The notes: generated from the letters alone by a model not told the origin. Positions 17,401 to 26,305 are shown, counted from the first letter of the stretch. The stretch: 32,000 nt of DNA from Candidatus Baldrarchaeota archaeon (GCA_019056805.1 DXJG01000004.1:150001-182000); one strand, 5' to 3'. Program-made: numbers and translations.

Positions 17401-18901
17401 AGATGAAATCACTCCTTCCATGCAATTGTGTTGGTAACACCTCATATTTATACATTTCACTTCTAAGATTTTCCCACGCAAACCTATTATTTATACAGCC
17501 AGGGTCTGGAGCAAGATAATCTCCAAAATACCCATACCCTCTTGCTCTACAGCCTCCACAAACATATTTAAACTCACATTCACCGCAGTGTCCCTTTAGT
17601 TTCTCTCTATTTCTTAAATCCCAAAACACAGGATGATTATCCCAAATTTCTTCAAAATCGTCTTCTCTAATATTTCCAACAGGTAATGGGAAGAACACGC
17701 AAGGGGTAATTGTACCGTCGGGATCTAGGGCGCAGTAGAATCGTCCAGCACCACAACCACCAATAAACTCACTTAAATTTAACAATTGACCATGAAGATG
17801 CGGATTGTAAAAATGTGTTGGAACAACTATCTCTTTACTCTCTTTCCCGTATTGTTCTTCCATTTGCAGCGCTACTCTTGCGAATTGTGGAGCAGTGGAT
17901 AACACTTGCATTCTTCTACCTTCTCTCAATCTTTTCCATAAAAATTTCAAAAGTTCCTCTCTTTCTTTCGGTGTAAGGTCATTTTCAATTATGAATCGAC
18001 CTCTACCAGTTGGAACAAAGTTATACATCATCCACCAATTTACGCCAAGTTTTTCACAAAGATCAATAACCTCTGGAATTTCTTTATATGTGAATTTTGT
18101 CGCTGTCGTAGAAACTTCTACAAAAATTCCTTCTTCAACACAATTTTTAATACCCCTAATAGTTTTCTCAAAAACTCCTAGTATGCCTCGGAAGTTATCA
18201 TGAGTCTCAGGCCTTGCTCCATCTAAACTTATTTGAACATATCCTATGCCAGTCTCCTTTAGCTTCTTCGCAATTTCTTTGGTGATTAGAGTTGCATTTG
18301 TTGCAACGGCCGTAAAAATTCCGTGGTCACGCGCCAGTTTAGCTATTTCGTAGAAATCTTTTCTCATCAGAGGTTCGCCGCCAGAAAAAGCTATGATATT
18401 AACACCTGCATCTGCAAATTTTTCCACAACTTTCTTTGCCTCTTCTGTTGTAAGTTCGTTTGGATGAGGTTTTCCTGCTGAAGCATAACAATGTTTACAT
18501 CGAAGGTTACATAAATACGTGTAGTTCCAAACAACTAGGAAAGGTGCACCGGGCACGAAAGGTTTTTGTATTCCAAATTTTGCTATACCTCGGATAACGT
18601 TGACAAGTCCTCTTCTCCAGTAAACATTCTTAAATTTCTCTTTGAAATCTTCTTCGTTTACTTCAAATGCTTTTGCACCTTTTCTTGCTACCCACTCTAC
18701 GATAGGAGCAACTATATGTGTACATGCCCAACATGCACTATTTCTCTCCTTAACGTAGAGTTCCAAAGCTACTTCAAGCCTATTTTTATTGTCCTTTTTA
18801 CAGAACCCAGAGAATTGTCTTAGAAGGAATCTTAAAGGCTTTTTATCAGCTGTAAACTTTAGTAATTCAATGCTTTTTATGGTTGAAGACCTTTCACACA
18901 T
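17390..18901 (-). CDS. Radical SAM/SPASM-domain protein (PqqE/AhbC-like) with a long N-terminal extension
   Basis: CNLRCKHC (18488-18511), FSGGEPLMR, VQISLDG, SPASM motifs GCGAG...C.L.PDG.ITPC and CGEC....VCGGCRAR....C. ATG 18901 follows GGAGG. Confidence 0.93.
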   Translation of the reverse strand: MCERSSTIKSIELLKFTADKKPLRFLLRQFSGFCKKDNKNRLEVALELYVKERNSACWACTHIVAPIVEWVARKGAKAFEVNEEDFKEKFKNVYWRRGLVNVIRGIAKFGIQKPFVPGAPFLVVWNYTYLCNLRCKHCYASAGKPHPNELTTEEAKKVVEKFADAGVNIIAFSGGEPLMRKDFYEIAKLARDHGIFTAVATNATLITKEIAKKLKETGIGYVQISLDGARPETHDNFRGILGVFEKTIRGIKNCVEEGIFVEVSTTATKFTYKEIPEVIDLCEKLGVNWWMMYNFVPTGRGRFIIENDLTPKEREELLKFLWKRLREGRRMQVLSTAPQFARVALQMEEQYGKESKEIVVPTHFYNPHLHGQLLNLSEFIGGCGAGRFYCALDPDGTITPCVFFPLPVGNIREDDFEEIWDNHPVFWDLRNREKLKGHCGECEFKYVCGGCRARGYGYFGDYLAPDPGCINNRFAWENLRSEMYKYEVLPTQLHGRSDFIYGK

Positions 18902-20460
18902 TCTGACCACCCTCCTTCAACCATTGTAAATGTTTCCTTTTTGACGCGGCATTCCTCTATTTTTCCGTAGATTATCTTTCTTATCTTGTTATTTGCTTTC
19001 TTGACAATGTAGTTTATGAAACGCATCATGAATGTTCTTGCAGCCCAATTCATTTTACGGAAATAGTCTTGAGCAAGTTCTGTTAACCAACGTATACCGT
19101 GATCCCAACAAGCCAGCATTAACTCCCAATGATATTCATTCATATTTTGTACTCCAAACCGTTCCTTGTTTCTCAAGGTTCCTAATGGAACGAAAAATAG
19201 CGGTACAATCAAGCTTTTGTAGTCTTTAAGTCGATCTAAGAGTTCAATAGTCTTCACTACATCATCTTCTGTTTCATCTGGTAAACCTAGTATTAAAGTG
19301 GCACAGGGAACCCAATTACTATCTTTACAAATTCCAAAAGCTTGTTCAACTATGTCAGGCCATTCTTCAGGCTTAAATGGAAGAACCTTACCACGCATAT
19401 GCTTACTCATTATCTTATGGCTTCCAGTTTCAATTCCAGTTTGACCTGCAATCCAAGGTTTATCCTTTGTACCAACACCGACAATATTAGATAATTCCTC
19501 CAGTAAAGTTGGCTCAGAAACCACAGACGAAAGGGCAAAATGGCTCGGACCTATACCGATAACATCATCCATTTTCATTATAGCTTCCCAAAGCTCAATA
19601 ACAGCTTGCCGATTAACCCTAATTCCATTAGCTTTGTAACGTAGAATGTCTTCAGCATGCAAATTTATCCATCGAGGTCCATATCTAAGATTAACTTCAA
19701 CTTCCTTCAAAATATGCTCTAAAGGTCTAGAACGAAGCTTCCTAAGAGTCGGGACACAAAATCTGCAACCACGACCACAACCCCTAGCGATTTCAACCAG
19801 AGAGCAAACAGTAGGATTTTTAATAATATGCATATCATCTACTTCAACAACATCTCCATAAACAACCTCAGGTACATTTTCTCCTTGAATAATCTTCTCA
19901 AATAATGGTGGAACTACATTTTCTCCTTCTCCAATAACAACAAAATCTATACCAAGTTCATGACGAGGTCCAGGATCTTCAAGCTGCCAAGCTCCTGGAC
20001 CCCCCACAACTATTTTTGCACCCCATTTTTTAAGATAAGGATCTGTTACAAGTTCTCTAAATTTCCATTTTGTGTAAGATTCCTCATTAACAAGTCCTAA
20101 AGGACCCGAAAAAGTAGTTGAAGCAGGACCTAATCCCAAAGGATCATTTGATGAAATTCCAATAATTTTCGTATTAGGCCCAACAAATTTTCTTATTCTA
20201 TCTGGAACTACAACTGCAACTTCATCTTCATCAAAACCATAATCTAAGAGCGCAGCTTCTATTTTACGTAAACCGTAAGGCGCCATCTTAGCTATTCCAT
20301 TATTATAGAATGGCACAGGTGGACAAACGAATCTAAAGTAGAAGAATGGATTAATAAGGTTCTTTGGTCCGCATGCAGTGAATCCTAGGAAGAGAGCATT
20401 GTGATAATTACTCATTAAGCATCTCTCTGCGGTCAAAACAATCTTATATCCTTCCCTCAT
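18877..20460 (-). CDS. B12-binding-domain radical SAM protein, Grs/Gms-like (GDGT ring synthase / GMGT synthase family)
   Basis: EIARGCGRGCRFC (Cys at 19756-19779), KIVVGGPGAWQL, VIGEGE, TGIETGS. The N-terminal IVLTAER.LMSNYH..FLGF and APYGLRKIEAAL segments match the Grs family as I remember it. ATG 20460 follows GGGGG. Confidence 0.8.
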   Translation of the reverse strand: MREGYKIVLTAERCLMSNYHNALFLGFTACGPKNLINPFFYFRFVCPPVPFYNNGIAKMAPYGLRKIEAALLDYGFDEDEVAVVVPDRIRKFVGPNTKIIGISSNDPLGLGPASTTFSGPLGLVNEESYTKWKFRELVTDPYLKKWGAKIVVGGPGAWQLEDPGPRHELGIDFVVIGEGENVVPPLFEKIIQGENVPEVVYGDVVEVDDMHIIKNPTVCSLVEIARGCGRGCRFCVPTLRKLRSRPLEHILKEVEVNLRYGPRWINLHAEDILRYKANGIRVNRQAVIELWEAIMKMDDVIGIGPSHFALSSVVSEPTLLEELSNIVGVGTKDKPWIAGQTGIETGSHKIMSKHMRGKVLPFKPEEWPDIVEQAFGICKDSNWVPCATLILGLPDETEDDVVKTIELLDRLKDYKSLIVPLFFVPLGTLRNKERFGVQNMNEYHWELMLACWDHGIRWLTELAQDYFRKMNWAARTFMMRFINYIVKKANNKIRKIIYGKIEECRVKKETFTMVEGGWSECVKGLQP

Positions 20461-20486
20461 ACAAAGCCCCCTAGCCACGTGAACCA

Positions 20487-20498
20487 TTACATATGTAA
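20487..20498. promoter_or_regulatory. Perfect 12-bp palindrome TTACATATGTAA, candidate repressor site
   Basis: Verified palindrome 27-38 bp upstream of the B12 radical SAM start, downstream of the predicted TATA box. Confidence 0.4.
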
Positions 20499-20507
20499 AT
20501 ATTTTAA

Positions 20508-20526
20508 TTTTCGAATATTACGAAAA
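20508..20526. promoter_or_regulatory. Inverted repeat TTTTCG-N7-CGAAAA containing the shared 10-mer TTCGAATATT
   Basis: Arms at 20508-20513 and 20521-20526. A second TTTTCG-TT-CGAAAA lies at 20539-20552, and the same 10-mer occurs at 21807-21816. Confidence 0.45.
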
Positions 20527-20528
20527 CT

Positions 20529-20547
20529 CATATAAACTTTTCGTTCG
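20529..20547 (-). promoter_or_regulatory. Putative BRE + TATA promoter of the radical SAM-PadR operon
   Basis: The minus strand reads ...CGAAAAAG-TTTATATG, matching the archaeal BRE (cRnaAnt-like) + TATA consensus, about 70 bp upstream of ATG 20460. Confidence 0.5.
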
Positions 20548-20588
20548 AAAATCGACGAAATCAAAATAAAAGTGTTTTTAAATCCATT

Positions 20589-21743
20589 TTACCTTAAAAT
20601 TGTCATAACTTCCTCATAAACTTCCAAAATTCTAAAAACCAGCTTATTCCAATCATATACTTCTTCGACCTTTTTCCTAGCATTCCTACCTATTCTATTC
20701 ATTTCCCTTTTATCGGAAAGTAATCTAATTATAGCATTCCTCAATTCCCCTGTGTCATTTGGCTCAACTAAAAGACCATTTACTTCATGATCTATTATTT
20801 CAGGTATACCACCCACTTTGGTTGCAATCACCGGCTTTCCAGATGCCATTGCTTCAAGAATAACTATTCCAAAAGCTTCAGCAAAAATAGAAGGACAAAC
20901 AAAAATGTCCGAAGCAGCATAGAGTTTAATAAGCTCATCATCCGAAATATAACCCAAAAACTCTACTTTATCCGCTATGTTATTTGCTCTAACCTTATAT
21001 CTCAGGTATTCTCTAAGAAAACCTTTTCCCGCAATTAATAGTTTTGCTTCAGGAAATTCCTTAACAACATGCTTAAAAGCATCAACCAGAATATGAATAC
21101 CTTTTCTAATACTAAGTCTTCCAACAAAGAGTATTATGGGAACATCTAAAGGAAGATTAAGCTCTTTACGCAATTTTCTAGTATTTGAAGGGAAAATAAA
21201 TCGTTCAAGATCTACTCCGTTTGGTATTACCTCTATTTTCTTTGGATGAGAAACTATATGCGACATAAACTGCTTAACAGCTTTGCTTACAGCAATTATT
21301 TTATCTGCTTTGTCAAAAGCTCTTTTCATTGGGTACAAAACAGGTTTTAACGTTTTCCATATTACGCCGTGACGGTACCCTATACCTAAAGAATGGGCCG
21401 TTAAAACCGTAGGGAAACCATGTTTTGAAGCTAGTGAAATAGAATAGAGAGATACAGGGGTAAAAGCATGATGACCATGTACAATATCAAATTTTCCTTC
21501 TAATATTACCTGTTTAATCTGTTTCAAGTCTAACGGTGATAAAACTTGAATTCCAGGGATCGTGAAGCCCTCTAATCGAACCACATTAGTTATAGGATTA
21601 TCAACATTTTCTTCAAAAGTTTTAATTGTAATTATTTGAACTTCGTGCCCCAACTTAGAAAGAGATCTAGCTAATCCTTTGATGTGAGTTGCGATCCCCC
21701 CAACTTTAGGATAATACCAGTCACTACACATGGCAATTTTCAT
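20589..21743 (-). CDS. Glycosyltransferase family 4 (GT-B, PimA/RfaB-like)
   Basis: YYP.VGGIATH, HGHH, DKIIAVS, VIPNGVD, ILFVGRL..RKG and the EX7E motif EAFGIVILEAMASG. ATG follows GGTGA. Confidence 0.95.
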   Translation of the reverse strand: MKIAMCSDWYYPKVGGIATHIKGLARSLSKLGHEVQIITIKTFEENVDNPITNVVRLEGFTIPGIQVLSPLDLKQIKQVILEGKFDIVHGHHAFTPVSLYSISLASKHGFPTVLTAHSLGIGYRHGVIWKTLKPVLYPMKRAFDKADKIIAVSKAVKQFMSHIVSHPKKIEVIPNGVDLERFIFPSNTRKLRKELNLPLDVPIILFVGRLSIRKGIHILVDAFKHVVKEFPEAKLLIAGKGFLREYLRYKVRANNIADKVEFLGYISDDELIKLYAASDIFVCPSIFAEAFGIVILEAMASGKPVIATKVGGIPEIIDHEVNGLLVEPNDTGELRNAIIRLLSDKREMNRIGRNARKKVEEVYDWNKLVFRILEVYEEVMTILR

Positions 21744-21794
21744 AACAATGTCACCATATTCCCCCGATACTAATCATCATATGCTGCTTTAAAT

Positions 21795-21832
21795 TATCGT
21801 ATAAAATTCGAATATTTTATAGCAATACGATA
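21795..21832. promoter_or_regulatory. Nested inverted repeats in the divergent GT4/UbiA promoter
   Basis: Outer arms TATCGTAT (21795-21802) / ATACGATA (21825-21832), inner arms ATAAAAT / ATTTTAT (21801-21807, 21814-21820), centred on TTCGAATATT. Confidence 0.45.
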
Positions 21833-21918
21833 TTTAAGTACTTCAACTTTACGTGATACTGATCTTAAAACTAATAAATAAAAATGTTTTACAATTATGT
21901 TATACCTTTATCGGTGGA

Positions 21919-22812
21919 ATGAATTTGAAGGAAATACCCAGAGCATTTTTATCACGTTTATTTGGAGTTAAATTTTATTTCCTTAATTTTCGAATTACAA
22001 ATTGGAGAGCTTATCTGGGTCTATCGCTTCTTCCCTTTATAGAAAATATGCCGGAATTCTTTACTAATGTATCAAGGATCAAAATAATTCTCATTAGTCT
22101 TGCAACAATTTCATGTTTTCTTGCCTTCACATTTGGGCTAAATAACTGTTTCGATATCGAAACAGACATAAATGAAGGAGATCTAAGTAAAAATCCTATA
22201 GCGGCTGGAAAACTTTCCTTTAAGGGCGCTTTGGTTACATCACTCTTAATGGGGTTTTTAGGCGTCATGGTACTTACATTTCTTATACCATTTAATACTA
22301 TAATTCTCATTTACCTAACTTTGCTTTTCCTAGGTGCATTTTACTCCGCTCCGCCATTTAGATTTAAGTCAAAACCATTTTTGGACGTCATATCTCATGG
22401 ATTGTTCTTTGGATCATTACTTTACATCTATGGGCATCTTCTTCAAGGAACTAAACTTTCATCAATTATTACAAACCCTCTAGTTTTCCTAATATTTACT
22501 TATAGTGTCGTTTTGAATATGCGGAATCATTTTGAAGACTATAAATATGATTTAGAAGCAAATATCAGCACTACTGCAACATATTTAGGATATAATAAAA
22601 CTAAAAAAGCCATATTTTTATTAATTCAAGTACATTGGACGATGTTAACAATAGTTTGCTTAATTACCAGTATTTATCTTTTCATAGGTATTTTAACACT
22701 TTTTCTTGTAAGCAATATGTTATTTCTTTCAAAATTGTTTAAATTTGAGAAATGGCTAAAAACTATAGATATATTTACGATAATATCTTACATATTACTT
22801 GCTCTTCACTAA
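21919..22812 (+). CDS. UbiA-family intramembrane prenyltransferase
   Basis: Multiple TM segments, aspartate motifs NNCFDIETD and NHFEDYKYD, NPIAAG, YSAPPFRFK..P..D. Start ATG 21919 or TTG 21925 (track GTG 21853 is unlikely). Confidence 0.9.
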   Translation: MNLKEIPRAFLSRLFGVKFYFLNFRITNWRAYLGLSLLPFIENMPEFFTNVSRIKIILISLATISCFLAFTFGLNNCFDIETDINEGDLSKNPIAAGKLSFKGALVTSLLMGFLGVMVLTFLIPFNTIILIYLTLLFLGAFYSAPPFRFKSKPFLDVISHGLFFGSLLYIYGHLLQGTKLSSIITNPLVFLIFTYSVVLNMRNHFEDYKYDLEANISTTATYLGYNKTKKAIFLLIQVHWTMLTIVCLITSIYLFIGILTLFLVSNMLFLSKLFKFEKWLKTIDIFTIISYILLALH

Positions 22813-22901
22813 ATATTCGGATTTGAAACAAATTTACTCTAAAATAGGCTCGACAACTTTCATAAGTAGCTAACTTAAATATTTGAGATTGGAGAGAGGA
22901 T

Positions 22902-24470
22902 ATGATGACAAAAGAGAAAGGCTATTTTGCAGATTTGGTCTTAATAAACGGAGAAATAATTTCGTTGGATACTGAAAACACGATCTATGAGGGAATAGCG
23001 GTAAAAGATGGGAAAATCATAGAACTCGGAAGCAATAGCGATGTAAAATATTGGATAGGGACCAAAACTCATGTAGTAGATTTAAAGGGTAAAGTTGTTA
23101 TTCCAGGGTTTATTGATGCTCATACACATTTTGTTGGCATGGGTCTTAAATTTACTCATTTAGAACTTTACAATACTAAATCTCTTAAAGAAGCTTTAGA
23201 GCTTGTTAAAAAAGAAGCCGAGAAAAAGAGAAGCGATGAATGGATTATGGGATCAAGTTGGGATGAAAGCAGATGGATTGAAAACAGATATCCTACAAGA
23301 TGGGATTTAGATAAAGTAGTACCTGATAAACCCGTTTATCTTGTTAGAATTTGTGGTCATATGGCTGTAACAAACACCATAGGCTTAAAATTGTTAAATG
23401 TTCCAAAAGGAACAAGAGGTTTTGAAATAGATGAGAAAACAGGAGAGCCTACTGGTATATTGAAAGAAGATGCCTTGGAATATGCTGAAAGAGTGTTAAA
23501 ACCTTCTATAAATGAATGTCTTAAAGGTATCAAGTTGGCTGTTGACTACTCTTTGAAATGCGGTGTAACTTCTGTTCACGACACAGTTATGGTTAACCAT
23601 CTTTCCGCTTATCAAATAAGTATGCTAGAAACGTGGCTCAAAGTTAGGATATATGCTCTTCCATGGTATACCAACCTTGAATATCTTTCTGCTCTAGGTT
23701 TGAGAAGAGGGTTTGGAAACAACTGGCTTAAAATCGGCGGAATAAAACTTATGGTTGATGGATCCATAGGTGCTAGAACAGCGGCCCTAACGGAACCTTA
23801 CAATGATGATCCATCAACTAAGGGAATGCTTTTAATGAATAAAGGTCAACTAGTGGAGATCATTAAGAAAGCGGATGAAAACGGGCTTCAAGTAGCTGCA
23901 CACGCTATAGGAGATATGGCTATCGAAGTTTTACTAAATGCTTTCGAAGAAGCATTAAAAGGAAAAGATTCTAAAAAGAATAGACATAGAATCGAGCATT
24001 GCGAACTTCCTACTGAAGATCAAATTGATAGAATGAGGAAACTGGGTTTAATCGCTTCTATGCAGCCAAATTTCGTTGGTAACTGGGGTATGCCTGGTGG
24101 AATGTATGAACAAAGATTTGGAAAGGGAAGATGGCGTAGAAATAATCCATTTAAAATAATGTTAGAAAAAAATGTGGTTTTAGCCTTTGGAAGCGATTGT
24201 ATGCCTTTCGGTCCCTTGTATGGCATTTGGAGTGCTGTAAATCATCCCGTTGAAGAAAGTAAACTCAATGTTGAGGAAGCTTTACGAGCGTATACAAATG
24301 GTAGTGCTTATGCATCTTTTGAAGAAGATATTAAGGGATCCCTTGAAGTAGGTAAGCTGGCAGACATGGTGGTCTTAACTAAAAATCCTCTTAAAACACC
24401 GCTAAAAGATATTAGAAACATAAACATTTATATGACAATAGTTGACGGGAAAATAGTCCACAAAATATAA
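22902..24470 (+). CDS. Amidohydrolase 3 family metallo-hydrolase (YtcJ/NfdA-like)
   Basis: PGFIDAHTH, GHMAVTN, TGILKE, IKLMVDGSIG.RTA, HAIGD, RIEH, FGSD, GSLEVGKLAD. Confidence 0.93.
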   Translation: MMTKEKGYFADLVLINGEIISLDTENTIYEGIAVKDGKIIELGSNSDVKYWIGTKTHVVDLKGKVVIPGFIDAHTHFVGMGLKFTHLELYNTKSLKEALELVKKEAEKKRSDEWIMGSSWDESRWIENRYPTRWDLDKVVPDKPVYLVRICGHMAVTNTIGLKLLNVPKGTRGFEIDEKTGEPTGILKEDALEYAERVLKPSINECLKGIKLAVDYSLKCGVTSVHDTVMVNHLSAYQISMLETWLKVRIYALPWYTNLEYLSALGLRRGFGNNWLKIGGIKLMVDGSIGARTAALTEPYNDDPSTKGMLLMNKGQLVEIIKKADENGLQVAAHAIGDMAIEVLLNAFEEALKGKDSKKNRHRIEHCELPTEDQIDRMRKLGLIASMQPNFVGNWGMPGGMYEQRFGKGRWRRNNPFKIMLEKNVVLAFGSDCMPFGPLYGIWSAVNHPVEESKLNVEEALRAYTNGSAYASFEEDIKGSLEVGKLADMVVLTKNPLKTPLKDIRNINIYMTIVDGKIVHKI

Positions 24471-24561
24471 AAATAACTGTTTATTTTGGCATTTCATTGT
24501 TAAATTACATTCCCTTAACCTTTATTAGTCTGTTACATAAAAAGTACTTGAGGTGTTATTC

Positions 24562-25101
24562 TTGCCGAGAATAGAAGATGTAATAAAATCGGTTTTGATG
24601 AGCGTTAAAAACCTTTTAGGGGACGTCTATGATTGGACAAGCCAATATGAAAGTCTACCAAATCGTGAAGAAATTCTTAATGAATTAAATGAAATAAAAT
24701 ACATTACAGATAGAATATTTACTACGCTTTCACCTCCCATTCAAGAACCGTCGGAAGAGAAAATTGTCGAGCCATCTCCTTCCTCAGTGGAAGAAAAACC
24801 TCCTGAATTAATGCATGTTGAGAAGCCCTTCTTAGAAGTTAGACTGGAAGACGAGATTACACCACCATTTGATATGGTGTTGGATGTTTTAAAACCAGGT
24901 ATTGAGGGTGCCGAAGTCGCTGAGACGCTTGAAAAAGTAAAAACAGCTCTTGGCGAGAAGATTAAAGGTCTTCATCCGGTCTTCTTTAAAATGACAAAAG
25001 CAATAGCAATGATAAGAAGAAAAAGTAAATTAACTCAGCAAGATATAGACGATCTTAAACAACTAGTTTATCAATGGTCCATTCAAACAAAATCAACCTA
25101 A
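24562..25101 (+). CDS. Hypothetical helical protein: helical hairpin, Pro/Glu/Ser linker, predicted four-helix bundle
   Basis: 179 aa; TTG 24562 follows GAGGTG (the track GTG lies inside the SD). Low-complexity linker PPIQEPSEEKIVEPSPSSVEEKPP. Confidence 0.75.
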   Translation: MPRIEDVIKSVLMSVKNLLGDVYDWTSQYESLPNREEILNELNEIKYITDRIFTTLSPPIQEPSEEKIVEPSPSSVEEKPPELMHVEKPFLEVRLEDEITPPFDMVLDVLKPGIEGAEVAETLEKVKTALGEKIKGLHPVFFKMTKAIAMIRRKSKLTQQDIDDLKQLVYQWSIQTKST

Positions 25102-25273
25102 TCTAGCTAAAACATTTTATTTGCACTTCTACTTTTCAAAATACATGAGTCTAGTGATTCCAAAGTTCAAAATTATTTTGATCGGGTAATTAAAAATTAG
25201 CTGCAATAAAGATAAAATAGAAGGAAATTTCAATAGTTACCTCTGTCACTTATTTAACAAGGAGTAGTTTATT

Positions 25274-26305
25274 GTGAAAATCGCAGAAAAACCTCTTAAA
25301 ACAGATATTAAGACAAAAACATCTTCAATTTATTCGGAAAATGTTAAGTCTAAAGCTTTGATTTGCGCTCACGGGGATGGACATGGTTTAATTTGTGCAG
25401 TAATTTCAAAGAAATTCTTGGAGGAGGAAGGATTCATAGTTGAGATACTTTGTGGATTTAAAACAGGCGATGTAAAAAATTTTTGGGAAAAAACAATAGA
25501 TAACATCAAAGATGAATACAGTAAAGTTGTAATTGTTGATATACCTCTTCATAAAGATTCGTCCCTAAGTTTTTCGAAATTAAAAAAGCTTAGCGAAAGA
25601 GTTAAAGAAGTCTGGTATATTGATCATCATCCTAAAAACGATGTGGAACCTCCTATTGAAAATTTTTACATTGTTGACAATCCAGGACGATGTTATTATG
25701 GATTTAATAAAAAGGATAAATGTTTGGATGATAAAGTGAAATTGTTGATTAGACTTGGTCAAATAACTGATAGAGATCCTCGAGTAATTCCTAGCAAAGA
25801 AGAACAAGTAGTTGCTGATGGCATAAGTTTCAGCTTGTTTTCAGAAAAATATTCTATGGACGAGATTATAAGTAAATTAGAAAATATAAATTCTGACGAG
25901 AACTGGAATTTCTTTAAAAAACTGGGACAAGAATTCTATGAGAAATACTGTTCTCTGGATAGAGTTAAACGTGCAGGAACCGTAGCCATTGTAGATGTAT
26001 CAAATGTTGAATTTAAACTTGTGTGGAATATTTTACATCGAGTGATAGATACATTCAAAATTGATTATGCAATCGGAATCCGCGAATTTGAACACTTCAC
26101 ACAAATAAACATAGTTAGAAACCCCCAAAGAAACCTTCCCTCTCTTAAACAAATCGTTCCACACATTCCTTACAATGTGCTTATAGTAGGAGACGGAGCA
26201 ATATCCTATAGAATAAGAGGAAAAACACGTGAAGAAATTTCAAAAGAAGTAGAACAATTAATAGAAAGATTAAACCAAATCTCCAATGTTCTTGGAGATG
26301 ATTAA
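25274..26305 (+). CDS. DHH-family phosphoesterase-like protein with a degenerate motif I
   Basis: AHGDGHG (motif I DxD appears as DxH), VVIVDIP and WYIDHHP (25622-25630), with a DHHA1-like C-terminus. GTG start after AAGGAG. Confidence 0.7.
   Translation: MKIAEKPLKTDIKTKTSSIYSENVKSKALICAHGDGHGLICAVISKKFLEEEGFIVEILCGFKTGDVKNFWEKTIDNIKDEYSKVVIVDIPLHKDSSLSFSKLKKLSERVKEVWYIDHHPKNDVEPPIENFYIVDNPGRCYYGFNKKDKCLDDKVKLLIRLGQITDRDPRVIPSKEEQVVADGISFSLFSEKYSMDEIISKLENINSDENWNFFKKLGQEFYEKYCSLDRVKRAGTVAIVDVSNVEFKLVWNILHRVIDTFKIDYAIGIREFEHFTQINIVRNPQRNLPSLKQIVPHIPYNVLIVGDGAISYRIRGKTREEISKEVEQLIERLNQISNVLGDD

Noticed and set aside
17390-20460. RiPP biosynthetic cluster (SPASM maturase + B12 methyltransferase)
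   Set aside because: No small precursor ORF, protease or exporter is adjacent. The B12 enzyme resembles the Grs lipid-modifying family, and GT4/UbiA neighbours point to lipids. Not fully excluded.
11520-22812. Menaquinone cluster (MenC + methyltransferase as MenG + UbiA as MenA)
   Set aside because: No menF/D/H/E/B nearby. The enolase-family gene is paired with the COG3375 GNAT typical of the racemase context, the methyltransferase shows no UbiE/MenG-specific features I can see, and UbiA is about 9 kb away in a different unit.
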